From Candidatus Latescibacterota bacterium (GTDB lineage Bacteria > Latescibacterota > UBA2968): 64,000 nt of DNA. The notes under the pieces were generated by a model. The model searched no databases. It saw only the letters and a list, made by a program, of their open reading frames with translations, and was not told the DNA's origin. Positions 1 to 8,867 of the stretch are shown here, piece after piece (the stretch's first letter is position 1; each line of letters starts with the position of its first letter). Both the position numbers and the translations under genes were made by a program. The DNA is taken from positions 1,920,001 through 1,984,000 of the forward strand of contig OZ242010.1 of NCBI GenBank assembly GCA_965204745.1, given 5' to 3'.

Positions 1-66
1 CTCAATCCCTTTGCATACGACAAGTGCGATCATCTGCCGTAATCCTTTTCACCCATCGAGGTTTCC

Positions 67-1512
67 ATGTCCAACAAACCAAACATCCTTTGGATCTGCA
101 CGGATCAGCAACGTTTTGACACGCTCGGTTGCTATGGCAATCCATTTGTCCACACGCCCAACTTGGATCGCTTGGCCGAACAAAGCGTGCTTTTTGAATG
201 CGCGTTTACCCAAAGCCCGGTCTGCACGCCCAGCCGATCCAGTTTTCTCACGGGCCGGTATCCGCGCACCACGCGCTGCCGGCAAAACGGTCAATCCATT
301 CCCAGGGACGAAATCCCAGTTACCAAACTGCTCCACGATTCGGGCTATGTGTGCGGCCTGTCCGGCAAACTCCACCTCTCGGCCTGCAACCCCCGTGCGT
401 GTCATGGCACGGAACGCCGCATTGACGACGGGTACGACCAGTTCTTTTGGTCGCACGACCCCGCGCCGCGATGGCCCACGAACGACTATCACCAGTGGTT
501 GCGAGACAAGGGTTTGCAGCGCGATGTCCAGCCGTTTGCGGATTCGCAATACGTGCGGGTTTTGCCCTCTGAAGAACACAGCCAAACCACTTATTGCGTC
601 CAGCGCGCCATCACTTTTATCCGCCGATGCGCGGAGGAAAACAGGCCATGGACCTTTTCGCTCAACCCGTTTGACCCGCATCACGCCTTTGATCCCCCGC
701 GTGAAGACTTGGAGCGATACCGCGATTTGCTCGCCGAGATTCCATTGCCCAATTACGTCGCGGGCGAACTCGACGACAAACCGATTTGGCAACGCATTGA
801 CCACGCCGGGTCTTATGGCGGCAAGGGCGTGTTCGCGTACGACCGCATGACCGATTCGGACCACCGCTGGGTCACGGCGGCGTATTGGGCGATGGTCGAT
901 GTGATCGACCGCCAGATCGGTCGCTTGCTCGACTGCCTCGAAGAAACGGGCCAGCGCGACAACACGTATATCATCTTCACGTCTGATCACGGCGAGATGC
1001 TCGGCGACCACGGCATCTACCTCAAAGGCCCGTTTTTCTACGAACCCGCTGTGCGCGTGCCCCTCCTCATCTCGGGCCCCGGCCTTCGCAACGATGGCTC
1101 GCGTTCCGCCGCGCTCGTGGAACTGGTGGACCTCGCGCCTACGATCCTCGAATGGGTCGGGCAGGACATCCATCCCGCGATGCAGGGCCGCTCTCTTCTC
1201 CCCCTCTTGACCGGCGACGCGCCCACGGACGAACACCGAGACGACATTTACTGCGAATACTACAACGCCATGCAGGGCCATAAAAATCCACCCGCACACG
1301 CCACGATGGTCCGCACGCGCAGGCACAAACTCGTCGCGGCACACGGCACGGGCACGGGCGAACTCTACGACCTCGAAATTGATCCCAGTGAAACGCACAA
1401 CCTGTGGAATGACCCGGACGCCACCGCCATCAAACTCGATCTCCTAACCCGCCTCGCGGACCGCATGGCGTGGACAGTTGACCCCCTGCCTCCGAGAGAA
1501 GCGGGGTTTTGA
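67..1512 (+). CDS. Formylglycine-dependent sulfatase
   Basis: N-terminal PNILWICTDQQR, CTPSR (CxPxR) motif, GKLH, SDHGEMLG. Confidence 0.93.
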   Translation: MSNKPNILWICTDQQRFDTLGCYGNPFVHTPNLDRLAEQSVLFECAFTQSPVCTPSRSSFLTGRYPRTTRCRQNGQSIPRDEIPVTKLLHDSGYVCGLSGKLHLSACNPRACHGTERRIDDGYDQFFWSHDPAPRWPTNDYHQWLRDKGLQRDVQPFADSQYVRVLPSEEHSQTTYCVQRAITFIRRCAEENRPWTFSLNPFDPHHAFDPPREDLERYRDLLAEIPLPNYVAGELDDKPIWQRIDHAGSYGGKGVFAYDRMTDSDHRWVTAAYWAMVDVIDRQIGRLLDCLEETGQRDNTYIIFTSDHGEMLGDHGIYLKGPFFYEPAVRVPLLISGPGLRNDGSRSAALVELVDLAPTILEWVGQDIHPAMQGRSLLPLLTGDAPTDEHRDDIYCEYYNAMQGHKNPPAHATMVRTRRHKLVAAHGTGTGELYDLEIDPSETHNLWNDPDATAIKLDLLTRLADRMAWTVDPLPPREAGF

Positions 1513-1905
1513 AAGGCGGGGAGAGGTAAGAGGTAAGAGGCAAGACGGGGTTAGCCACGAGCGGGGTACAACTGGCGATAGCCAGTTCAAAGGCCCAAAA
1601 ACACAAAAGGGGTACAACTGGCGATAGCTAGTTCAAAGGCGATCAGTGTGTAGGGGCGATGCCCCGTGCTCGCCCAAAGATACAAGAGGCGGGAAGAGGG
1701 GAGAGGTAAGAGGCAAGAGGCAAGACGGGAAAAGCGGGAAGACGCGAAAACGCCCACTTCGCATAAGAACACAGATGAAAGGCAAAACGCACACGGCGGG
1801 GCGGAAGCGGGGATGGGCACGCACGGGTGGATGGGTGGATGAGCGGGGCACGCACTTGGGCGGCAGTGCGGAGATGGGGATGGCCGGGGTAACTGACCAC
1901 TGAAA
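1513..1905. repeat. Intergenic mosaic of heptamer runs, AACTGGCGATAGCCAGTT hairpin repeats, a GTAG-REP and GCACGCACGGG repeats
   Basis: Each module recurs elsewhere in the window (18739, 33369, 57872; 18821, 63089; 5460, 23870). Confidence 0.85.
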
Positions 1906-1915
1906 GGAGCACGAC

Positions 1916-3703
1916 ATGACCCACACACAACCGCGGGCCGAGCATCCGCGGCCGCAATTTCAGCGCGATGCGTGGATGAATCTCAATGGCACATGGGATT
2001 TTGCTATCGACTTTGGACAATCGGGCGAGGCCAAGGGCTGGCCCGAAAATCCCGCTGGTTTGGACCGCGTCATCACCGTGCCATTTTGCCCGGAATCCAG
2101 CCGCTCGGGCATTCAGCACACGGATTTTATGCCGTGCGTGTGGTATCACCGAACCCTTGGGATCCCCGATGAATGGGCAGGCAAGCGCGTTCTGTTGCAC
2201 TTTGGGGCCGTGGATTACCACTGCAAGGCGTGGGTCAATGGGCGGCTCGTGGGGCAACACTACGGGGGCAGTTCCTCGTTTGCGTTTGACATCACGCACG
2301 CGCTCGCGGCTGGGGAGAACCACCTCGTCGTCTGCGCGAATGACGACACGCGCTCGCGGGAACAGCCCTCGGGCAAGCAGTGCTCAACCCTGTATTCGCG
2401 GGGTTGCTTCTACACGCGCACCACTGGAATCTGGCAAACCGTTTGGCTCGAAGCGGTTCCCGAATCGCGCATTGACGCCGTGCAGATCGTTCCGGATTTG
2501 GACAGCAGCCGGTTTGTGCTGACCCCCTCGTTCACCAATGTGCGGCGCGGGCATACCTTTCGCGCTGTGCTGTGCAATGGCGATGAGGTCGTCGCGGTTT
2601 CCACCATGCCGGCGGCGAGTGGCGCGGCGATGTCGCTGCGCGTCAAAGATCCGATATTGTGGTCGCCCTCCCATCCCCATCTCTACGACCTGCGTTTTGA
2701 ACTCTGCGCGGGCGACGCGGTGATTGACGCGGTTCACAGCTATGCCGGGTTGCGAAAATTTCACATCGAAGGCCACGAGTTTTACCTGAACAACGACCCC
2801 ATTTTCCTGCGCTTTGTATTGGATCAGGGGTTCTATCCCGACGGTATTTGGACCGCGCCATCGGACGAAGCCCTCAAGGGCGATATCGAAAAATCGCTCG
2901 CGGTCGGCTTTAATGGCGCGCGCTTGCACCAAAAGGTTTTTGAAGAGCGGTTTCACTATTGGGCGGACAAACTCGGGTATCTCACTTGGGGCGAATACTG
3001 CGACTGGGGCATGAATTTTGGTTCGCCGCAGGCGATTCTCAACCAGCAACGCGAATGGCGCGAGATCGTCCTGCGTGACCGCAATCACCCGTCCATCCTC
3101 GCGTGGACACCGTACAACGAAACCCGCGGCGGCGCGACCACTCACTTTGAAGCGCACCGCAACGCCGTGCAGGAAACATACAGCCTCACCAAAGCCCTCG
3201 ATCCCTCGCGGCCCTGTCACGACACCAGCGGTTATGTTCACGTTTGCACGGATATTTACACCGTGCACGACTACGAACAAGACCCGACCAAACTCCGCGC
3301 AACCTACGCCCCGGTATCCCCAAGCGATTGCGAGAACACGCCCATCCGATTCCCAGACTTGAGCGCGCCGTATCAGGGGCAACCATATATCGTAGATGAA
3401 TACGGCGGGACGTGGTGGGATGCCAATGCACAGGAAACCGAACAAGACCCGGACCGCAAGGGCAGTTGGGGCTATGGCAAACGCCCGACGGACATCGAAG
3501 AAGTGTACGACCGCATTGAAAAACTCACGGCTGTGCTCGTCAACCACCCCAACATCGCGGGGTATTGCTACACGCAACTCACGGATATCGAGCAGGAACA
3601 AAACGGCATTTACACGTACGACCGCCGCGCAAAATTCGACTCGGAACGCCTGAAGAAGTACTTCGGCGCGCCCGCGGCAATCGAGAAGGCATCGGACAAA
3701 TGA
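1916..3703 (+). CDS. Glycoside hydrolase family 2 (beta-galactosidase/glucuronidase-like)
   Basis: PRPQFQR..WMNLNGTWDF, LHFGAVDY, GIWQTVWLE, RDRNHPSI..W..NE, YTQLTDIEQEQNG. Confidence 0.9.
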   Translation: MTHTQPRAEHPRPQFQRDAWMNLNGTWDFAIDFGQSGEAKGWPENPAGLDRVITVPFCPESSRSGIQHTDFMPCVWYHRTLGIPDEWAGKRVLLHFGAVDYHCKAWVNGRLVGQHYGGSSSFAFDITHALAAGENHLVVCANDDTRSREQPSGKQCSTLYSRGCFYTRTTGIWQTVWLEAVPESRIDAVQIVPDLDSSRFVLTPSFTNVRRGHTFRAVLCNGDEVVAVSTMPAASGAAMSLRVKDPILWSPSHPHLYDLRFELCAGDAVIDAVHSYAGLRKFHIEGHEFYLNNDPIFLRFVLDQGFYPDGIWTAPSDEALKGDIEKSLAVGFNGARLHQKVFEERFHYWADKLGYLTWGEYCDWGMNFGSPQAILNQQREWREIVLRDRNHPSILAWTPYNETRGGATTHFEAHRNAVQETYSLTKALDPSRPCHDTSGYVHVCTDIYTVHDYEQDPTKLRATYAPVSPSDCENTPIRFPDLSAPYQGQPYIVDEYGGTWWDANAQETEQDPDRKGSWGYGKRPTDIEEVYDRIEKLTAVLVNHPNIAGYCYTQLTDIEQEQNGIYTYDRRAKFDSERLKKYFGAPAAIEKASDK

Positions 3704-3774
3704 CGAGGATAGACGCGCATTGCCACATTTTTGAAACGCTCGCGGATGATGGGGAATTGCACGGGCGGGCTTGA
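3700..3774 (+). pseudogene. N-terminal remnant of an amidohydrolase-family gene
   Basis: ATGA overlap with the GH2 stop; MTRIDAHCHIF (DxHxH) stops after 24 aa. Confidence 0.55.
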
Positions 3775-3845
3775 CTGCTAAAAATTGATTGCTGATTGCT
3801 TTTCCCTTCTCGTATCTTTGGGCGGGCCGGACTGACTACTGACTA

Positions 3846-4269
3846 GGTTGTGTTGACATTTCATTTTTTAACCTTACGCACAGAGTAGCAACTGTGTTGC
3901 TTCTTGCTCATTTAAGGCGTTTGGTCCTTTGATGGCTTAGATTGCTCTGATGGCATTGCGCGAGGGGACCTATCCCCCGGCCCCTTTCCTACGAGGAAAG
4001 GGGAGTAAAGCTCCTTTGATGGCTTCTCGCTCTGGTTGCTCTGATGGCGTTGACCGAGGGCATAAAGCGATTAAATATCCCTCATCAATCCCCTCGCAAA
4101 ATCGCTCACAGTTCCCCCCTTCCTCGCAGGAAGGGGGGTTAGGGGGGTAGGTCCCGATAAGGAGCGACTGTTTCAGTTTCTCAAACCGAGAGCCTATTCT
4201 GTGATAGAGCTTGATTTTCTCGATAAACCGCTCAAGCCAGTTGCTTTGCTCCTAAATGTCAACAGAACC
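3846..4269. mobile_element. Non-autonomous MITE-like element with IS5-type terminal inverted repeats
   Basis: GGTTGTGTTGACATTT ... AAATGTCAACAGAACC with flanking TA; 15/16 and 16/16 identical to the TIRs of the IS at 41721-42538; no transposase. Confidence 0.8.
3965..4155. repeat. REPIN-like element, copy 1 (inverted GGGACCTAYCCCC..CCTTCCT.CGAGGAA units)
   Basis: Homologous copies at 5599-5831, 38822-39100, 55366-55590. Confidence 0.85.
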
Positions 4270-4291
4270 TAACCACTGACCACTGATTGAT

Positions 4292-5167
4292 GTGAGACGC
4301 GCCACGAAAATTTTGCTCATTGTCATGCTGTTGCTCACCGCACTCTGCGTTGCGCTGGCGGTTTGGAGGGAGCCGATGCCCGATCATCCTTTTTTTCAGC
4401 AAAACGCGGGGGTTGACGTGATCGCCCACCGCGGGGGCTGGCGGTTGTGGCCCGAGAACACCCTGTATGCGTTTCAGCGTGCGGTCGATCTCGGCGTGGA
4501 TGTGCTGGAGATGGATATTCGCAGTACAAAAGACGGGCATCTGGTGGTTTTTCACGACGAGACTGTGGCGCGCACCACAGATGGCAACGGGCTTGTGGCT
4601 GATTTCGCGCTCGCAGAATTGAAGCAGTTGGACGCGGGCTACCAGTGGTCGTCGGATAATGGGGCCACCTTTCCCTTTCGCGGACAAGGCATTGTGGTGC
4701 CGACATTGGACGAGGTCTTTGCGGCGTTTCCACACATGCGAATGACTATCGAGATCAAAGACCCGGATGTTGTCGCGGCATTTGGCAATGCGATTCGCCG
4801 CCACGGAATGCAGCACCGCATCCTGGTGGCGTGTTTTGACAGCGGGACATTGAAGCGGTTTCGCAAGCAATTTCCCGAAGTCGCCACCTCCACGGGCATG
4901 ACGGAAGGCATGTTTTTTTACGCCTTGTGCTATTTGCACTTAAGCGCGGTTTATCATCCCTCAGTGGAAGCCTTGCAGTTCCCGTTGAAGCTCGGCCCAA
5001 TCAACGGCGTCCATCCCCGCCTGCTATCGGGCGCGCGCAAAAACAACATCCAAGTGCAAATCTGGACCGTGGATGACGAGGCAAAAATGCGAATGCTGAT
5101 CGAGAGCGGGGTCAACGGCATCATCACCCGCCGCCCGGATCGGTTGTTGAAAGTCCTGGGACGATAG
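4292..5167 (+). CDS. Glycerophosphodiester phosphodiesterase with N-terminal anchor
   Basis: IAHRGG..PENTL, LEMDI..TKDG.LVVFHD, IEIK, WTVDD. Confidence 0.92.
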   Translation: MRRATKILLIVMLLLTALCVALAVWREPMPDHPFFQQNAGVDVIAHRGGWRLWPENTLYAFQRAVDLGVDVLEMDIRSTKDGHLVVFHDETVARTTDGNGLVADFALAELKQLDAGYQWSSDNGATFPFRGQGIVVPTLDEVFAAFPHMRMTIEIKDPDVVAAFGNAIRRHGMQHRILVACFDSGTLKRFRKQFPEVATSTGMTEGMFFYALCYLHLSAVYHPSVEALQFPLKLGPINGVHPRLLSGARKNNIQVQIWTVDDEAKMRMLIESGVNGIITRRPDRLLKVLGR

Positions 5168-5390
5168 GCAAAAGCAACCCCATCAGAACGCGGATGAAAG
5201 GCGGATTTTGCCACAAGGAGCACAAAGTCGAGAGGCGAGATACAAGAGGCTTAGCAGTCAGCGGTTAGCCAACCGCATCGTCACTTCGGCACACGCGCAA
5301 GCACAGGCGTATCCAACGTCAGTAATCCAATGGCTTTTGTCTTTTGTTCCACGCGAGAGCAGACGAATCGCAACAAAACAGCAACGCAAC

Positions 5391-5430
5391 GGGGGGTGAA
5401 ACCGAATATGGCTTCACCCCCTTTTTTTTT
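5391..5430 (+). terminator. Rho-independent terminator
   Basis: GGGGGTGAA..TTCACCCCC hairpin followed by T9. Confidence 0.75.
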
Positions 5431-5598
5431 GAAAATCAGCAATCGGCTTTCAGCCCCCACCTGACCCAACCGCCCGTGCGTGCCCATCCGCTCCGCCCAA
5501 CCGCCCGTGCGGCCTCACCGCGCCACCCAACCGTGTCTGAATCGCGGGTTAAACGGATTAGAGGATTGCGCGGATTACCCCACACCACCCTACCGCAA

Positions 5599-5831
5599 GA
5601 CCTATCCCCCCGGCCCCCTTTCCTACGAGGAAAGGGGGAGCGCATGGCTTTCTTAAAGGTTTGTATCCCTGGCTGTTTTGATGGCTTTGAGCGAATGGAT
5701 CACGCCATAGAAACCCAAACCCCCCTCGCACAATCCCTCGCAAAACCTCTCGCCATTCCCCCCTTCCTCACAGGCACAGGCGTAGCCTACAACGAAGCGT
5801 AGCGAGTAACGGGGCCAGGGGGGTAGGTCCC
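5599..5831. repeat. REPIN-like element, copy 2
   Basis: Same inverted ends as 3965-4155; internal insert shared with the 55366 copy. Confidence 0.8.
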
Positions 5832-5963
5832 AATAAATGGATGCAACGCTTTATTCGCATTGACAACTGACAACTTGAGGAACAGCACGGTAGCCTTCTC
5901 CCGTCTTGCCTCTCGCCTCTTACCTCTTGCCTCTCGCCTCTCCCGTCTCACGCCTTCAATCAC

Positions 5964-6896
5964 CTAAAGCCCCGCAGCGAAAAAGGCTTTGAATACCTCA
6001 TCCGACACCGTTGCACAGGCTGCGCGGACGTTGGCTGTGAGTTGGTCTTTGTTCAGGCTACCGAGGGGGTTGCCGTGGATGCGGGTTTCGCGGATGGAAA
6101 ATTGCAAGGTGAGTTCGAGCAGGTCGTGCCCGCGTTCCTCGCACCACAGGCGCATGGTTTCCGCGCGATAGTGATCGTCTCGCCAGCGGTTGCGGGGGAC
6201 GAAATTTTCCACGGGCACACCCGTGAGATAGCCGCGCATGATGGACCAGCCGTTCATCACGCCCAAGTCGCGTTGGGCCGCAGCGGGCAGGATGTCGTCG
6301 CCGATGGTTTGCCGCAAGAGGTTGTGATCGCCAAAGCACAGGAAACAATCCGTGCGCCCGGATTCGATGTGCGCGAGGTGGAAATCGTGGGGGCGCATGC
6401 CGTAGCCGATAAAATTGACCCATCCCCGTTCTCGCGCTTTTTCCAAGCCTTCGAGCGTGCCGCCCGAGGCGAGCGTGGGTTCGATGGTTTCGGGATCGTG
6501 GATAAAGAGCACGTCAAAGTGGTCGATGCCCAAAATGTCGAGTTGGTCTGCCACATCGGCGAGCACGCGCTCGGCTGTGTAATCGGGATCGCCACTGCCA
6601 TATCCCCCCCATCGTGCCGCGCTGTGACAGCACACGCGCCCGCTGATGATGAGTTCCCCTCGCCTGACAACGCCTTGTTTGATGGCGAGGCCGAGTTTGC
6701 GAAGGGAGTCGCCGTAACACCGCGCACAATCGAAGTGGTTGACGCCGATATCCACGGCAAACCGAATGAGGTCCGCGGCTTCATCATCGGTGACCGGGCC
6801 AAAGTGGTTGCCAAACCCCTGCGTGCCAAACGGAATCACCGGGATGGAAAGTTCGGTCTTGCCCCAGCGTCGCCGGGGGACTTGCAGATCGGACAT
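5964..6896 (-). CDS. Aldo/keto reductase
   Basis: RRRWGKTELSIPVIPFGT, FDCARCYG, DVLFIHDP. Confidence 0.85.
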   Translation of the reverse strand: MSDLQVPRRRWGKTELSIPVIPFGTQGFGNHFGPVTDDEAADLIRFAVDIGVNHFDCARCYGDSLRKLGLAIKQGVVRRGELIISGRVCCHSAARWGGYGSGDPDYTAERVLADVADQLDILGIDHFDVLFIHDPETIEPTLASGGTLEGLEKARERGWVNFIGYGMRPHDFHLAHIESGRTDCFLCFGDHNLLRQTIGDDILPAAAQRDLGVMNGWSIMRGYLTGVPVENFVPRNRWRDDHYRAETMRLWCEERGHDLLELTLQFSIRETRIHGNPLGSLNKDQLTANVRAACATVSDEVFKAFFAAGL

Positions 6897-6924
6897 GGGG
6901 AAAACTCCGGAAAAGAGAATGACC

Positions 6925-7293
6925 TCAATCGTCCAGCGCGTGCGCGACGAGATCGTCCATATCGACAAATTCGAGCGTGGAAATGTGCGTCCCCGGCAAA
7001 AAGACGGGCGGGGCAACGCCTGCATCTCGGGCTTCGATCCAGCGTTGCACGCACAGGCACCAGCGGTCGCCGGGCTTGAGCCCTGGAAAGCGATATTCCG
7101 GCATCGGGGTGCTCAGGTCATTGCCCACGGACCGGGAGAAAGCCAAAAACTCCTCGGTCATTTCCGCGCAGAGGATGTGCAATCCCAGATCGCCCGGACC
7201 CGTGCGGCAACAGCCATCTCGAAAAAAACCCGTCATCGGTTCGGTACAACAATCGACGAGTTCTCCGCCAAAAACATTTCTTCCGCGGTTCAT
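6925..7293 (-). CDS. DUF2237 family protein
   Basis: NVFGGELVDCC.EPMTGFFRDGCC..GNDLSTP..FPGLKPGDRWCLC. Confidence 0.9.
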   Translation of the reverse strand: MNRGRNVFGGELVDCCTEPMTGFFRDGCCRTGPGDLGLHILCAEMTEEFLAFSRSVGNDLSTPMPEYRFPGLKPGDRWCLCVQRWIEARDAGVAPPVFLPGTHISTLEFVDMDDLVAHALDD

Positions 7294-7385
7294 GGTTCAC
7301 TCCAGGTGAGAGGCAAGAGGTGAGAAGGAAGAGGGCCGCCCTGCCCAACCCCCTTCGGCAAGACGGGAGATACTCTCTTAAAAGG

Positions 7386-8393
7386 TCAAGGGGTTTTCGG
7401 GGTGATTCGATAGAATTTTTCGCCCTCAAAATCTTGGTCATGGCGCAACATGCCCCAGATCGAATGGAGCAACTTTCGCATCACCGCAACGATAGCCTGC
7501 AAAGGTTTCTTGCCGCGGGCGATGAGTTGGTCATAGAAGGCTTTGACATGGCCTTCGTGTCTGATGGCCACCCAGGCAGGCATATAGAGGGCATGGCGGA
7601 GGTACTTATTCCCGGTTTTCGAGATGCGTCTTTGTGGATTGGCGGTTCCGGATTGTTTGGGTTTGGGATCCAGGCCTGCATGTGCGACCCACTGGGGCGG
7701 TTGCATCTCCTCTGGCAAAAGGGTCAACTCGGCCAAGAGCCGCAAGGCACTCGTTTGCGCGATGCCAGGCGTCGAGCAGAGGCGTTGGTAGGCACGCTTG
7801 AGGGGCTCATCGTGCAAAACGAGATCGAGGGCTTGGCTTTCCAAGTATGCAATCCGGCGTTTGAAGTGTCGAATATTCACCTGAATATCGCGTGCGATGA
7901 GACGTGTGCTGCGGATGTGGTAGCTCTGCGCGTGGTTGCGGCTCTGTTCGCGGATGATCTCCTGCTTGAGTTGGTCAATGCGTCTGGTGAGGGCTTGCAG
8001 TTGAAGCCGTTGCTCGCTCGGCGCTTGCCAAGGCACAAAAGGCATGCGCTCGGCATAGTCGAGGATCAACAACGCATCCTTCGCATCCGTCTTCGCCCGT
8101 TGCATGCAGGCTTGGGCGTACTTGCTCATCGCTTTGGGATTGACGACCATGACCTTTGTGTGGCGATGCCGATGCAAGGCCAAGGCCACCCCCAAACTGT
8201 AAAGCCCGGTCGCTTCGAGGCACACAGAGACCATGTGCCCGCCCTTCGTGAGCCACTTCAGCAACCGCTTATGGGCTTGGGGATCATTGGCAAAGGTCGC
8301 TTGCATGACAGCTTGTCCGGGTCTGGACAGGGCAACGGACAACGTGCGGGCACTGACATCAATGCCGGCAAAAGCGGGGTGAGATTTCGACAT
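7386..8393 (-). CDS. IS110 DEDD transposase (bridge recombinase)
   Basis: GIDVS, CLEATG, KTDAKDA, QSG serine motif, ISKTGNKYLRHALY; RBS CAGGAGG. Confidence 0.95.
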   Translation of the reverse strand: MSKSHPAFAGIDVSARTLSVALSRPGQAVMQATFANDPQAHKRLLKWLTKGGHMVSVCLEATGLYSLGVALALHRHRHTKVMVVNPKAMSKYAQACMQRAKTDAKDALLILDYAERMPFVPWQAPSEQRLQLQALTRRIDQLKQEIIREQSRNHAQSYHIRSTRLIARDIQVNIRHFKRRIAYLESQALDLVLHDEPLKRAYQRLCSTPGIAQTSALRLLAELTLLPEEMQPPQWVAHAGLDPKPKQSGTANPQRRISKTGNKYLRHALYMPAWVAIRHEGHVKAFYDQLIARGKKPLQAIVAVMRKLLHSIWGMLRHDQDFEGEKFYRITPKTP

Positions 8394-8409
8394 GGGGGCC
8401 TCCTGTGAT

Positions 8410-8645
8410 GAGGGGGTTGTAAGGGATCTGGTGCGCGCTCGGGGTCGCGTCCCGACCATTGACGCCAAGTCTACCGGTCTTGTATATGCAGCCTCAAGGG
8501 GCTTAGATACTCTTCGGCATAGACCCGGCGGTCGGGGGGCCTATCTTACCTACAAGGTCATCGCCTTCAAGAGGGGCCGGCCTTCCCCGAGCCGGGCATC
8601 AAGATGGCTTATCTCGATACGAGGGCGCAACTCCTAATTAACCCT
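8410..8645 (-). ncRNA. Putative IS110 bridge RNA (ends approximate)
   Basis: Two stem-enclosed internal loops with guides matching the donor junction (8505-8513, 8479-8485) and the target (8570-8576, 8545-8551). Confidence 0.78.
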
Positions 8646-8680
8646 TACTTCCAAGATACAAGAGGGGAGAGGCAAGAGGT

Positions 8681-8803
8681 GAGAAGGCCACCCAATAACC
8701 CCAAGTGAGAGGGGAGAGGCAAGACGGGAGAAGGCCACCCAACCAACCCCAAGTGAGAGGGGAGAGGCAAGAGGTGAGAAGGCCACCCGACCAACCCCAA
8801 AAC
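8681..8803 (+). repeat. Tandem ~42-49 bp units (heptamers + GAGAAGGCCACCC..CCCCAA)
   Basis: Three units; inverted homologous cluster at 27590-27745. Confidence 0.75.
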
Positions 8804-8867
8804 CCGACGTGCTTTATTGATGAATTGCTATCGCAGTTGTACACCGTTCCGCCGATTCGCCGTTCTG

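Larger units (their letters stand above)
7368..8662 (-). mobile_element. IS110-family element, copy 1 (AG/CT core at 7368-69 and 8661-62)
   Basis: Matches 22497-23791 except one SNP seen (8274/23403); no TIRs; removing it restores the heptamer repeat GACGGG-AG-AGGGGAGAGG. Confidence 0.93.

Noticed and set aside
7368-8659. AGATAC as a 6-bp target-site duplication of IS110
   Set aside because: Guide matches, the restored heptamer phase and the junction promoter all fit a 2-bp AG/CT core with the right boundary at 8662
8681-8803. Regularly spaced ~45-bp units (also 27590-27745) as a CRISPR array
   Set aside because: The intervening sequence is heptamer repeat rather than unique spacers, the repeats are degenerate, and no cas genes are present
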